64,000 bases of DNA, taken from Vicinamibacterales bacterium. GTDB taxonomy: Bacteria; Acidobacteriota; Vicinamibacteria; Vicinamibacterales; UBA8438. Numbering within the stretch: position 1 is the first letter of the stretch; each line of letters starts with the position of its first letter. The stretch is from contig OZ241978.1 in the NCBI GenBank assembly GCA_965204175.1, positions 4,282,728-4,346,727 of the forward strand. Direction: 5' to 3'. The notes under the pieces are model-generated. The model was not told the origin of the DNA. It searched no databases and saw only the letters and a program-made list of their open reading frames with translations. Below are positions 8,814-17,646 of the stretch, one piece after another. The translations under genes and the position numbers were made by a program.

Positions 8814-8872
8814 TCCGGGTCAGTCAGTTGAACCTCACCGCACTTTCACGGGAGCATTCGCTGAGAACCGTC

Positions 8873-9565
8873 ATGCGAAAGACATGGACGCCATGGATCC
8901 TGGCAGCCTCGCTGGCCGGTTGCGGCGGCCCGCAGCAGGCGCCCGACGTCATCGTCGTCGATACCCCGGGCACGCTGTCGATCAAGGGCGAGGTCTGGGC
9001 CGACAACTGGTTTGCCTTGTACCTGGGCGAACGCCTGATCATCGAGGACTCGACGCCGATCACGACCGAGCGGTCGTTCAATGCCGAGGCGTTCGTCTTC
9101 AACGCCGAGTACCCCCTGCAATTGAATTTCGTTGCCAGGGACTTCAAGCAGGACGATACGGGTCTGGAGTACATCGGCCGCCGCAACCAGCAGATGGGCG
9201 ACGGCGGCCTCATCGCACAGTTCACGGACGTCGCCACGGGAGCAACGATCGCCGCCACGAATGCCGCTTGGCGGTGCCTGGTGATCCACGACGCGCCGCT
9301 CGACCGCGCCTGTGAAGACGAGGCCGAACCGGCGCCCGGCGTCGGGCCCTGCCAGTTCGCCGCGACGGCAGAGCCGGACGGCTGGCGCCTGCCTGGATTC
9401 GACGATGCGGAATGGCCGTCCGCGGTGGAGCACACCGAAGCCGAGGTGAGACCGCGAGGCGGCTACGACGCGATTGATTGGCGGGACGGGGCACGGTTGA
9501 TCTGGACGGCCGACCTCGAGACCCACAACACGCTGCTGTGCCGCCTTACCGTGGAGCAACCCTGA
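8873..9565 (+). CDS. Lipoprotein of unknown function
   Basis: The ATG at 8873 is followed by a lipobox, 'ILAASLAGCGG'. Composition is protein-like. I recognise no family. Confidence 0.6.
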   Translation: MRKTWTPWILAASLAGCGGPQQAPDVIVVDTPGTLSIKGEVWADNWFALYLGERLIIEDSTPITTERSFNAEAFVFNAEYPLQLNFVARDFKQDDTGLEYIGRRNQQMGDGGLIAQFTDVATGATIAATNAAWRCLVIHDAPLDRACEDEAEPAPGVGPCQFAATAEPDGWRLPGFDDAEWPSAVEHTEAEVRPRGGYDAIDWRDGARLIWTADLETHNTLLCRLTVEQP

Positions 9566-9655
9566 AGGCGGAAGCCGTACCTGCCGCGTGCAGACTGGCG
9601 GCGGTCGGCCGCGGCCGCCTCCGGGCAGGGATGTGCCGCGAGGTACGATCCCGCC

Positions 9656-10615
9656 ATGCGCATGCCGCTCGGGCTCCCGCCGGCAGGCAGACGTCCCTTC
9701 GACTTCGACGTCGTCGGGTTCGGGCTGAACATGACCGATCTGCTGGTCGTGCTCGAGCGCTTTCCCGAGCCCGACTCCAAGCAGCCCGTCCGGCGGCAGG
9801 CGTACTCGCCGGGCGGGCAGGCGGCCAGCGCCATGGTGGCGTGCGCGCGGCTCGGCTGGCGCGCCCGGTACGTCGGCTGCTTCGGCGACGACGAGAACGG
9901 CCGGCAGGGACGGTTGAGCCTCTCCGACGAAGGGGTCGACATCGGTGCGTGCCGGGTGGCATCCGACACTCCGAACGGGATGTCCGTGATTCTCGTCGAC
10001 GAACGGACCGGGGAGCGCACGGTCCTCTGGTCCCGCGACCCGGGGCTCAAGCTGCGGGCCGGCGATGTCGACCCTTCGGCCGTGTGCGCCGGCCGGGTGC
10101 TGCTGGTCGACTGCCACGACACCGCTGCCTCTACAGCGGCCGCCCGCCACGCGCGACGGGCCGGCGTCCGCACCGTCATCGACGTCGAGCGCGTCCGCGA
10201 CGGCATCGACGCGCTGCTGGCCGAGATCGACATGATCGTCACGGCGCGGGACTTCCCGGCCGCCCTGACCGGCAAGGGCGCGCCCGGCGCCGCGCTGCGC
10301 GCAATCCGCGACGCCTACCACCCGGCGCTGGTCTGCATGACGCTCGGCGCGGAAGGAAGCCTGGCCCTGGTCGGCGACGTCGAGATCAGGACGCCCGGGT
10401 TCCGCGTGCCGGTCGTCGATACCACCGGCGCCGGCGACGTCTTCCGCGGCGGGTTCATATCCGGCTGGCTGCGCAGCGGCGACGAGGCGGAGGTCGAGGA
10501 CGTGCTGCGCTACGCGAACGCGGTGGCGGCGCTCAAGTGCCGCGGCCTGGGCGCGCGAGAGGCGAGCCCGACGCCGGCGGAGGTCGATGCCCTGCTCGCC
10601 GGCGGCACGCGCTGA
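9656..10615 (+). CDS. PfkB-family carbohydrate/ribokinase-like kinase
   Basis: The N-terminal pattern 'FDVVGFGLNMTDLL' and the 'DTTGAGDVFRGGF' signature both fit PfkB kinases. Confidence 0.8.
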   Translation: MRMPLGLPPAGRRPFDFDVVGFGLNMTDLLVVLERFPEPDSKQPVRRQAYSPGGQAASAMVACARLGWRARYVGCFGDDENGRQGRLSLSDEGVDIGACRVASDTPNGMSVILVDERTGERTVLWSRDPGLKLRAGDVDPSAVCAGRVLLVDCHDTAASTAAARHARRAGVRTVIDVERVRDGIDALLAEIDMIVTARDFPAALTGKGAPGAALRAIRDAYHPALVCMTLGAEGSLALVGDVEIRTPGFRVPVVDTTGAGDVFRGGFISGWLRSGDEAEVEDVLRYANAVAALKCRGLGAREASPTPAEVDALLAGGTR

Positions 10616-10620
10616 CCCGC

Positions 10621-11661
10621 TCAGGGCTGCTTCGGAACCAGGTCCAGCGGCACGGTCGCATGCCGGATGCGCAGGCGGTTCCACGTGTAGGTGAGCTGCA
10701 GATCCCCGTTCGAGTCCTGGATCATCGCCGGATACGAGAGCTCGCCGCGCCGGCCCTCCTCGAGCTCCTCGACGACCAGGAAATCCTCCCAGGTGCCCCC
10801 GTCGTCGAACGACACTGCCAGCGACAGCGGCGAGCGCCGCGTGGCGGAGGGGTTGTACAGCAGGATGCAGCGCCCGTCGTCGAGCCGCACGGAGTCGATG
10901 CCGGCGCTCGGATTGTCCAGGCCGGTGAGCTCCAGCGGCGCCCAGGTACGCCCGCCGTCGCGCGAGATGGAGGTCGCGATCTTCCCCAGCCGGCGGGGCG
11001 TCCGCATGAAGGCGCGGATCACCCCCGGCTCGATCTCCAGCAGGGTCGGCTGGATGCTTCCCATGCGGTCCCGCTCCGGGTCGCCGAACAGCAGCGGCCC
11101 GTGCTTGCTCCACGAGGCGCCGCCGTCGGCGCTGATCTCCATCCACGACGACCACGTCCGGTAGCTCTCCAGCGAGGTGCCGGCCAGTATCTCGCCGCCG
11201 GCGAGCCGGATCGGCTTCGCCCGCACCGGCCCCAGCATGCCCGCAGGCAGCCAGACCGGCTCGGTCCACCGCTCGCCCGCCGTCGTGGACTGCATGTGGG
11301 CGCCGCTCCACGCGCGCGGGCTTGGGCCGATCTTGAAGTAGAGCCGGATGGTGTCCCCGTCGCCGCGGAACAGGACGGGGTTCCAGGCCGGCTGATCCGG
11401 CTCCTTGTAGAGCTGCGCGGGAAGCGACCAGTCGCCCCCCCGCGGCTTGCGCGACGACCAGACGCCGACATCCTTCTGCCCCTCGCCCGAACCGCCGAAC
11501 CAGGCGGCAACCAGCGTCCCATCCGTCGCTTCGACGAGGGTCGACGCGTGCGCCCGCGGGAAGGGCGCTTCGTCCCAGATGAAGTCGAGCGTGTGCTCCT
11601 GCGCCCCGGCGGTGGCCGCCAGCACGACGAAGACGAGGGAGAGAATCGCGCGTGTTCGCAT
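10621..11661 (-). CDS. Secreted BNR/Asp-box sialidase-like (exo-alpha-sialidase family) protein
   Basis: A signal peptide follows the ATG at 11661. Asp-box-like motifs 'SADGGASWS', 'SRDGGRTWA' and 'SFDDGGTWE' are present. Confidence 0.65.
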   Translation of the reverse strand: MRTRAILSLVFVVLAATAGAQEHTLDFIWDEAPFPRAHASTLVEATDGTLVAAWFGGSGEGQKDVGVWSSRKPRGGDWSLPAQLYKEPDQPAWNPVLFRGDGDTIRLYFKIGPSPRAWSGAHMQSTTAGERWTEPVWLPAGMLGPVRAKPIRLAGGEILAGTSLESYRTWSSWMEISADGGASWSKHGPLLFGDPERDRMGSIQPTLLEIEPGVIRAFMRTPRRLGKIATSISRDGGRTWAPLELTGLDNPSAGIDSVRLDDGRCILLYNPSATRRSPLSLAVSFDDGGTWEDFLVVEELEEGRRGELSYPAMIQDSNGDLQLTYTWNRLRIRHATVPLDLVPKQP

Positions 11662-11937
11662 GATCGTGTCCGTCCTTTCCGCGCCGGCGGGGCTCGCCGC
11701 GTGCCGCCTCACGGCTCCTCGACGCTTCCCCCTCGACGCCGAACATGAGGATACCGTTACGCCGAGGCACGAGTCGCGGGAACGATCCCGATCCGGCGCG
11801 GCAGTCTGCCCCGCACCCTGGCCTCGATGCCCCGGGTCGGTTGGAGTCGGTTGGGTCGGTTGGTTCGGCGGAGCCCGCGGCGGGTATGATGAGCGAAATA
11901 CCTTCCAGTAGACGCCTCTCGAACCGGAGGTAGCAAA

Positions 11938-12939
11938 ATGCGCAAGACATCCTTCGCGGCGTTCGCGGCAGCGGCGAGCGCGCTCGCGTTCGCGGCCCAG
12001 CCGGCCGCCGCCCAGTCGAACGGCGGCGACATGCCGATGCGGACGCCCGACGGGCACCCGGACATCTCGGGCACCTTCACCTTCCGGACGCTGACCCCGA
12101 TGCAGCGGCCGGCCCAGTTCGAGGGGCTCGAGACGCTGGGCCCCGAGGAGGCCGCGGCGTTCGAGGCATCGGAGCGGACGCGCCAGAACCGCGATCTGTT
12201 CGACCCCGAGACGGGGGCGCCGAACGCCGGCTACCAGTCGCGCGCCGACGGGGGCGTACTCTCCTACAACGAGTTCTGGTACGAGCGGGGCATCGAGCTG
12301 ACCTCCGACAAGCGGACGTCGCTGATCGTCGATCCGCCCGACGGACGCTATCCCCCGCTGACCGAGGCCGCCCGGCAGGCAGACCGCGAGCGGGCCGCCT
12401 ACCGCCGCGAGCACATGTACGACTCCTACGAGAACCGGAGCACGGGCGACCGCTGCATCGTGTTCGGCAAGTCGGGCCCACCGCTCCGGTCGGGGGCGTA
12501 CAACAACAACCTGATGATCTTCCAGACGGCCGACCACGTCGTGATTCTCACCGAGCAGGCGCGCCAGGCGCGGATGATTCCCCTGGAGGACACCGAGAAG
12601 CCGCGGTTCGAGCAGTGGGCCGGCGTGTCGCGCGGGCACTGGGAGGGAGAGACGCTGGTCATCGAGACCACGCAGTTCCGCGATTGGGGCAACGGCAGGA
12701 ACGGCCCGAGCGTGCACTTGATCGAGCGTCTGACCCGGCTGGATCCCGATACCGTCGCCTACGAGTACACCGTGACCGACCTGGAAAGGTACACGGCGCC
12801 CTATACGGTCATGATGCCGTTCCGGCGCATGGAGGGCGAAATCTACGAGTACGCCTGCCACGAGGGCAACATCGGGCTGTACGGCATCCTGGCCGGCGCG
12901 CGGAGGTTCGAGCGCGACGGGCGCGAGTTGCGTCCGTGA
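11938..12939 (+). CDS. Uncharacterised secreted 'CHEGN-motif' family protein, paralog 1
   Basis: The product has a signal peptide. Motifs shared with the other three paralogs are 'TSLIVDPPDGR.P', 'DRC', 'YNNN', 'W.G.TLV.ET' and 'YEYACHEGN'. Confidence 0.8.
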   Translation: MRKTSFAAFAAAASALAFAAQPAAAQSNGGDMPMRTPDGHPDISGTFTFRTLTPMQRPAQFEGLETLGPEEAAAFEASERTRQNRDLFDPETGAPNAGYQSRADGGVLSYNEFWYERGIELTSDKRTSLIVDPPDGRYPPLTEAARQADRERAAYRREHMYDSYENRSTGDRCIVFGKSGPPLRSGAYNNNLMIFQTADHVVILTEQARQARMIPLEDTEKPRFEQWAGVSRGHWEGETLVIETTQFRDWGNGRNGPSVHLIERLTRLDPDTVAYEYTVTDLERYTAPYTVMMPFRRMEGEIYEYACHEGNIGLYGILAGARRFERDGRELRP

Positions 12940-13084
12940 TCCGTCGGTTTCGTCGCAATCTTCCCGCCGGGCCTTTGGGCGTCGCGACGTGGCGAGCTAC
13001 TCGAAGCGGCAGTCACGCCCAGCGGCTCGAAGTGGCGTCCCCAGGAGCGGCCTCCCCACGAATCCACAGAAACAGGAGTCAGCG

Positions 13085-14143
13085 ATGAGTGGTCGTTCTC
13101 GCGTGCATGCAGCCTTCGGCGTGTTGGTACTGGCGGCAAGCGTAGTCCTGGCGCCATCCGCGGGATGGTCCCAGCCGGCGTCTCCGGAAGATTGGGCGGC
13201 GCCGCGGACCGCCTGGGGCGATCCCGACATCGGCGGCGTCTGGAACAGCTCCACCGTGACGCCGCTCGAGCGTCCGGAGGCGCTGGCCGACAAGGCGTTC
13301 CTGACCGCGGAGGAGGCGGCGGCCATCGAGCAACGTGTGGTGGAGGCCAACGCCCGCGCGAATGCGCCCAGCGTCGTGCGCACCGAGCCGCTGCCGGTGG
13401 GCGGCAACGTCGGCGCCTACAACGCCTTCTGGATCGATCGCGGGACCACCGTCGTCCCCACCCGGCGCACCTCGCTGGTCATCGACCCGCCGAACGGGCG
13501 CCTGCCCACGCTCACGGCCGAGCACGAGGCGCACGTCGCGTCGCCGGAGCGGCAGCGCTTGAAGGCGATCCGGGAGGGGGTGGTGCCGGCCGACTCGCAC
13601 GAGCAGTTCGACTACGGCGACCGGTGCATATGGTACCGCGGCGTCCCGTCGCTGCCGACCGCCTACAACAACAACTACCACGTCGTGCAGACGCCGGACG
13701 TCATCGCGATCGTGCAGGAGCACATCCACGACGTACGCTTCATCCACCTCGACGGCCGCCCGGCGATCGACGGGCGCATCAGCCAGTTCGGCGGCCATTC
13801 GCGGGGGCGCTGGGAGGGCGACACGCTGGTGGTCGAGACGACCAACTTCGGCCATCGCGCCTACCTGTTCTCGTCCGGCCCGGGACCGCAGGGCGGCATC
13901 AACTGGGACCTGAGCCCGGCCCTGCGGGTCGTGGAGCGCTTCACCCGCGTGGGACCGCGGACGCTCGACTACCAGTTCACGGTGGACGATCCGAACGTCT
14001 GGACCCGCCCGTGGACCGGCTCGTCGCCGTGGGCGCTCAGTGACCAGTCGATGTTCGAGTATGCCTGCCACGAGGGCAACTACGGCCTGACGAACATCCT
14101 GGCCGGCTCGCGCGCCGAGGAAGCCAGAGGCGCGGAGCGGTAG
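13085..14143 (+). CDS. Uncharacterised secreted 'CHEGN-motif' family protein, paralog 2
   Basis: AGGAG lies upstream of the ATG at 13085. The product has a signal peptide and the family motifs 'TSLVIDPPNGRLP', 'DRC', 'YNNN', 'QTPDVIAI', 'GRWEGDTLVVETTNF' and 'FEYACHEGNYG'. Confidence 0.85.
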   Translation: MSGRSRVHAAFGVLVLAASVVLAPSAGWSQPASPEDWAAPRTAWGDPDIGGVWNSSTVTPLERPEALADKAFLTAEEAAAIEQRVVEANARANAPSVVRTEPLPVGGNVGAYNAFWIDRGTTVVPTRRTSLVIDPPNGRLPTLTAEHEAHVASPERQRLKAIREGVVPADSHEQFDYGDRCIWYRGVPSLPTAYNNNYHVVQTPDVIAIVQEHIHDVRFIHLDGRPAIDGRISQFGGHSRGRWEGDTLVVETTNFGHRAYLFSSGPGPQGGINWDLSPALRVVERFTRVGPRTLDYQFTVDDPNVWTRPWTGSSPWALSDQSMFEYACHEGNYGLTNILAGSRAEEARGAER

Positions 14144-14153
14144 GAGCCCCCGG

Positions 14154-15071
14154 TCACTGTTCCATGCGGAGGTCGACGAAGAGGCGGATGTTGACACCGG
14201 GGCGCGCGCCCGCCGAGATCTGCGCGCCGCGCGGGTCCGGCGGCTCGTACAGCACGCGGTAGCGCTTCGACACCTCGGCGTAGTGGGCGTTCAGGCGTTC
14301 CGCGTACCGTCGCAACCACTCCGGCATGCCGGTGGCGGTGGTGATGGTCTCGTACACCCCGCCCGTGTTCGAGGCGATGTTGCGGGCGTACCCCGGCATG
14401 GTGCTGATGTTGCCGCCGCGGATGCTGCCGCCGCTGGCCGACAGTTGCAGGACGTTCACCATGACGCCGTCCGCGATGAGCGTCTCGACGAGGGCTCTGT
14501 AGGCCGTGTCGTTGTAGTTCCTGCTGGTCTCGCGGCCGTTGGTCAGGATGAGCACCATCACCGGGAGCGTCTCGTCGCCCTCGAAGTGGCGTTCCCACGT
14601 CTCCCTGATGCCGTCGAGGAGCACGGTGCCCGCGCCGGAATCGAGGACGATGTCGTCGACCGACGCCTGCAGCGCCTCGCGGTCCCGCGTGAAGTCGACC
14701 CGGCGCTGCAGGTTGCGGGCGATGGTGAACAGGGCCACCTCGTGCTCCGGCCCGAGCGTGTCGAGAAACGCCTCGGTCGCGTCCCGCAGCGGATAGAACG
14801 CGGCCAGCTCCGACATTCGGTCGCCGTTGTCGATCAGCAGCGCCACCTTCATCGGCCCGACCTGCTCGGCCGATACGATGTCGGCCCGCGCGTCGTCCTC
14901 CAGCACGATGAAGTCACGCGTGGTCAGGCCGGGAACCACCTGCCCCGCGGCGTCCAGCGCCTCGATGTACAACCGCCCGAGGGCCTGCGCCTCCGCCGCC
15001 GCGGGCACGGACACCGCCAGCGCGGCCACTGTGAACAGGACCAACCCGCCGCCGGTCACGGAACGCTGCAT
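14154..15071 (-). CDS. Secreted VWA-domain protein (TIGR03436-like)
   Basis: GGGAGGG lies upstream of the ATG at 15071. A signal peptide is followed by 'VALLIDNGDRM' and 'VLILTNGRE', which fit a VWA/MIDAS-like pattern. It resembles the gene at 58273..59229. Confidence 0.7.
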   Translation of the reverse strand: MQRSVTGGGLVLFTVAALAVSVPAAAEAQALGRLYIEALDAAGQVVPGLTTRDFIVLEDDARADIVSAEQVGPMKVALLIDNGDRMSELAAFYPLRDATEAFLDTLGPEHEVALFTIARNLQRRVDFTRDREALQASVDDIVLDSGAGTVLLDGIRETWERHFEGDETLPVMVLILTNGRETSRNYNDTAYRALVETLIADGVMVNVLQLSASGGSIRGGNISTMPGYARNIASNTGGVYETITTATGMPEWLRRYAERLNAHYAEVSKRYRVLYEPPDPRGAQISAGARPGVNIRLFVDLRMEQ

Positions 15072-15126
15072 CTGACCCTCCCTGCGCTCTTCCCTGCTCT
15101 CCCGGCCGCCGGGCGGCGCGGGCCCG

Positions 15127-16332
15127 TCAGCCGGAGAGCGCCGCGCACGCGCGCTGAATCCGCATGCAGGCCTCCCGGAGCCGCCCGGTCGCCAGCGCGT
15201 AGGAGACGCGGAAGTACGGCGACAGGCCGAACGCCTCGCCGTGCACCACCGCGACCTCCTCGCTGTCGAGAAGATACTTCGCGAAGTCGGCATCCGTCTC
15301 GATGGCCTGCCCCCCCACCGTGCGCTTGCCGACCGTCCCCCGGCAATCGACGTAGAGATAGAATGCGCCGTTCGGCGAGCGGCACGATAGCCCTTCGGCC
15401 TTGTTGAGCAGCGAGACGCCCAGGTCGCGCCGCTCGCGGAACGCCGCCACGTTGTCCTGGATGAACGCCTGGTCGCCGTCCAGCGCTTCCACCCCGGCCC
15501 ACTGGCTGATGCTCGACGCGCCGCTGGTGGTCTGCGACTGGATCTTCGCCATCGCGCCGATCAGCTCCCTCGGCCCCGCCCCGTACCCGATGCGCCACCC
15601 GGTCATGCAGTAGGCTTTCGAGAGCCCGTTCATGGTCAGGGTGCGCTCGTGCAGATCCGGCGCGACCTGGGCCACCGTCGAGAAGGGCTCTCCGTTGTAG
15701 ATGATGTGCTCGTAGATGTCGTCCGCGAGCACCCACACGTGCGGATGCCGCCGCAGTACCTCTGCGATACCCTCGATGTCCTGTAGCGAATAGACCGCCC
15801 CGGACGGGTTGCAGGGGTTGTTCAGGATCAGCCACTTCGTCTTCGCGGTGATCGCTGCCTCTAGTTGCGCCGGCTCCAGTCGGAACCCGTTCGCCGCGCC
15901 GGTGGGAACCACGACCGGGTCCGCGCCCGCCAGCAGCACCATGTCGGGATAGCTCACCCAGAACGGCGCGGGAACGACGACCTCCTGGCCGGGGTCGAGC
16001 GTCGCGGCCAGCGCGTTGTAGATGACCTGCTTGCCGCCGTTGCAGACGAGCACCTGGTCGGGGGCGTAGCGCAGGCCGTTCTCCCGCTCCAGCTTGCGGC
16101 AGATCGCCTCCCGCAGCTCGGGGATGCCGGTGAGCGGCGGGTACTTCGTCTTGCCTTCGCCGATGGCCCGTACCGCCGCGCGCTTGACGTGATCCGGCGT
16201 ATCGAAGTCGGGCTCTCCCGCCGACAGGGCGATGACGTCGCGGCCGGCCCGCGCCATCTCCATGGCCTGCGCGGAGATGACGGCGGCGGGCGAGGCCTTG
16301 ATGCGGCTCATGTGCCGCGCGACGATGGTCAT
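15127..16332 (-). CDS. PLP-dependent aspartate/aromatic aminotransferase (class I)
   Basis: Three motifs fit class I aminotransferases: 'LSAGEPDFDTP', 'NNPCNPSG', and the PLP-lysine motif 'SKAYCMTGWRIGY'. Confidence 0.9.
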   Translation of the reverse strand: MTIVARHMSRIKASPAAVISAQAMEMARAGRDVIALSAGEPDFDTPDHVKRAAVRAIGEGKTKYPPLTGIPELREAICRKLERENGLRYAPDQVLVCNGGKQVIYNALAATLDPGQEVVVPAPFWVSYPDMVLLAGADPVVVPTGAANGFRLEPAQLEAAITAKTKWLILNNPCNPSGAVYSLQDIEGIAEVLRRHPHVWVLADDIYEHIIYNGEPFSTVAQVAPDLHERTLTMNGLSKAYCMTGWRIGYGAGPRELIGAMAKIQSQTTSGASSISQWAGVEALDGDQAFIQDNVAAFRERRDLGVSLLNKAEGLSCRSPNGAFYLYVDCRGTVGKRTVGGQAIETDADFAKYLLDSEEVAVVHGEAFGLSPYFRVSYALATGRLREACMRIQRACAALSG

Positions 16333-16429
16333 GACAAGCTCTCGAAATCGTCTCGGATGGTTGCACCGAGAACCGATTCGGCTACCGGGCGACGCTCCGA
16401 CGCCAGCGTCCCCGAGCCGCCGCGTACGC

Positions 16430-17488
16430 CTACCGCCCTGCCTCCGCCTCCGCCCTGCGATTGCCGGCCAGGATGTTCTCCAGCCCGTAGTTGCCCTCGT
16501 GGCAGGCGAACTCGTAGATCGGCAGCTCGCTCCGTTGCATCGGCAACTCGACCGACCAGGGCCGCTCCCAGGTGTCCGGATCGGTCACCGTGAACTGGTA
16601 GAGCAGCGTATCGGCGTCGACGCGGGTGTAGCGCTCCACCAGCGTCCGGTTGCGGCTCGTGTTGCGCCACGTGGTGTGCGTCCGGTCGTCGTTGAAGTCC
16701 ACCGTCTCGACCACCAGCGTGTCGCCGTCCCAGTAGCCCCGCCCCTCGCCGACGTACTGGCGGATGCCGTCGGCCGGCGCGGGCCGGCCGTCGAGCGGAA
16801 TGACGCGGACGGTGTGCATCATCTCGTTCATGATGGCCACATGGTCGGGCGTCTGGAACAACTGCATGTTGTTGTTGTAGACGCCCGGCAGCATCGGCGG
16901 CCCCGCGTTGCCGCTCATCAGGCAGCGGTCGGAGTTGCTGAAGTCGAGGTACGACGCGGCCGTGCCGACGGTGTCGCTGAACGAAGAGCGGGACCCCATG
17001 GTCCGCGCCCGTTCCCGCCCCGCCGCGGTCAGCGCGGGCAGCCGGCCGTCCGGCGGGTCGACTATGAGCGACGTGCGCCGGGTGCTGACGGCGGTCGTCC
17101 CCCAGTCGAACCAGAAGATGTTGTACGACCCGGTCTGCCCCTGCAGGCTGGGATGATCCGGCGAGTCGAGCCACCGTCCGGGCCGGTCGGCGGCGGTCGG
17201 GATGGCGATGGTGCGCTGCGCCGGCCGCTCCTCCATCGCCTGGATCCGGGCGCGCTCGCGCTGCTCGATCTCCGCCGCCTCTTCCTCGGTCAGGAACTCC
17301 CGGCCGGCGTACTGCTCGGGGCGTTCCAGCGGGGTGCGGGTCTTGTACTCCCAGACGCCTCCGAGGTCCGGCTGGCCCCAGGCCGTGCGGGGCGCCGGCG
17401 CCGGCTCCCCGGTCTGCGCAGCCGCAGGCGCCGCGGCCAGGCAGGCAGTTGCAACGAAACAGGCAACCATGACGGACAGGTACCGCAT
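16430..17488 (-). CDS. Uncharacterised secreted 'CHEGN-motif' family protein, paralog 3
   Basis: GGAGGAG lies upstream of the ATG at 17488. The product has a signal peptide and the motifs 'TSLIVDPPDGRLP', 'DRC', 'YNNN', 'QTPDHVAI', 'GYWDGDTLVVETVDF' and 'YEFACHEGNYG'. Confidence 0.85.
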   Translation of the reverse strand: MRYLSVMVACFVATACLAAAPAAAQTGEPAPAPRTAWGQPDLGGVWEYKTRTPLERPEQYAGREFLTEEEAAEIEQRERARIQAMEERPAQRTIAIPTAADRPGRWLDSPDHPSLQGQTGSYNIFWFDWGTTAVSTRRTSLIVDPPDGRLPALTAAGRERARTMGSRSSFSDTVGTAASYLDFSNSDRCLMSGNAGPPMLPGVYNNNMQLFQTPDHVAIMNEMMHTVRVIPLDGRPAPADGIRQYVGEGRGYWDGDTLVVETVDFNDDRTHTTWRNTSRNRTLVERYTRVDADTLLYQFTVTDPDTWERPWSVELPMQRSELPIYEFACHEGNYGLENILAGNRRAEAEAGR

Positions 17489-17646
17489 CTCGACTCCTCC
17501 ACCGGCGGATGGACGCCGCCGATCACCGTGAACCGCAGCCGTTCCGGCAAGAATACCGTCAGGCGCGCCGCCATGGATCGACGCGAGGAAAGAACGACCG
17601 TCGGGTAACATCGGGCGGTGGAGCGGAGAACGCAGGCGACGACGAC

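Noticed and set aside
8846-12861. Long ORFs 8846..11950(-), 9478..11748(+) and the N-terminal 400 aa of 10621..12861(-).
   Set aside because: They are shadow frames over the lipoprotein, PfkB, sialidase-like and CHEGN genes. Only the last 347 codons of 10621..12861, from the ATG at 11661 with its signal peptide, look genuine.
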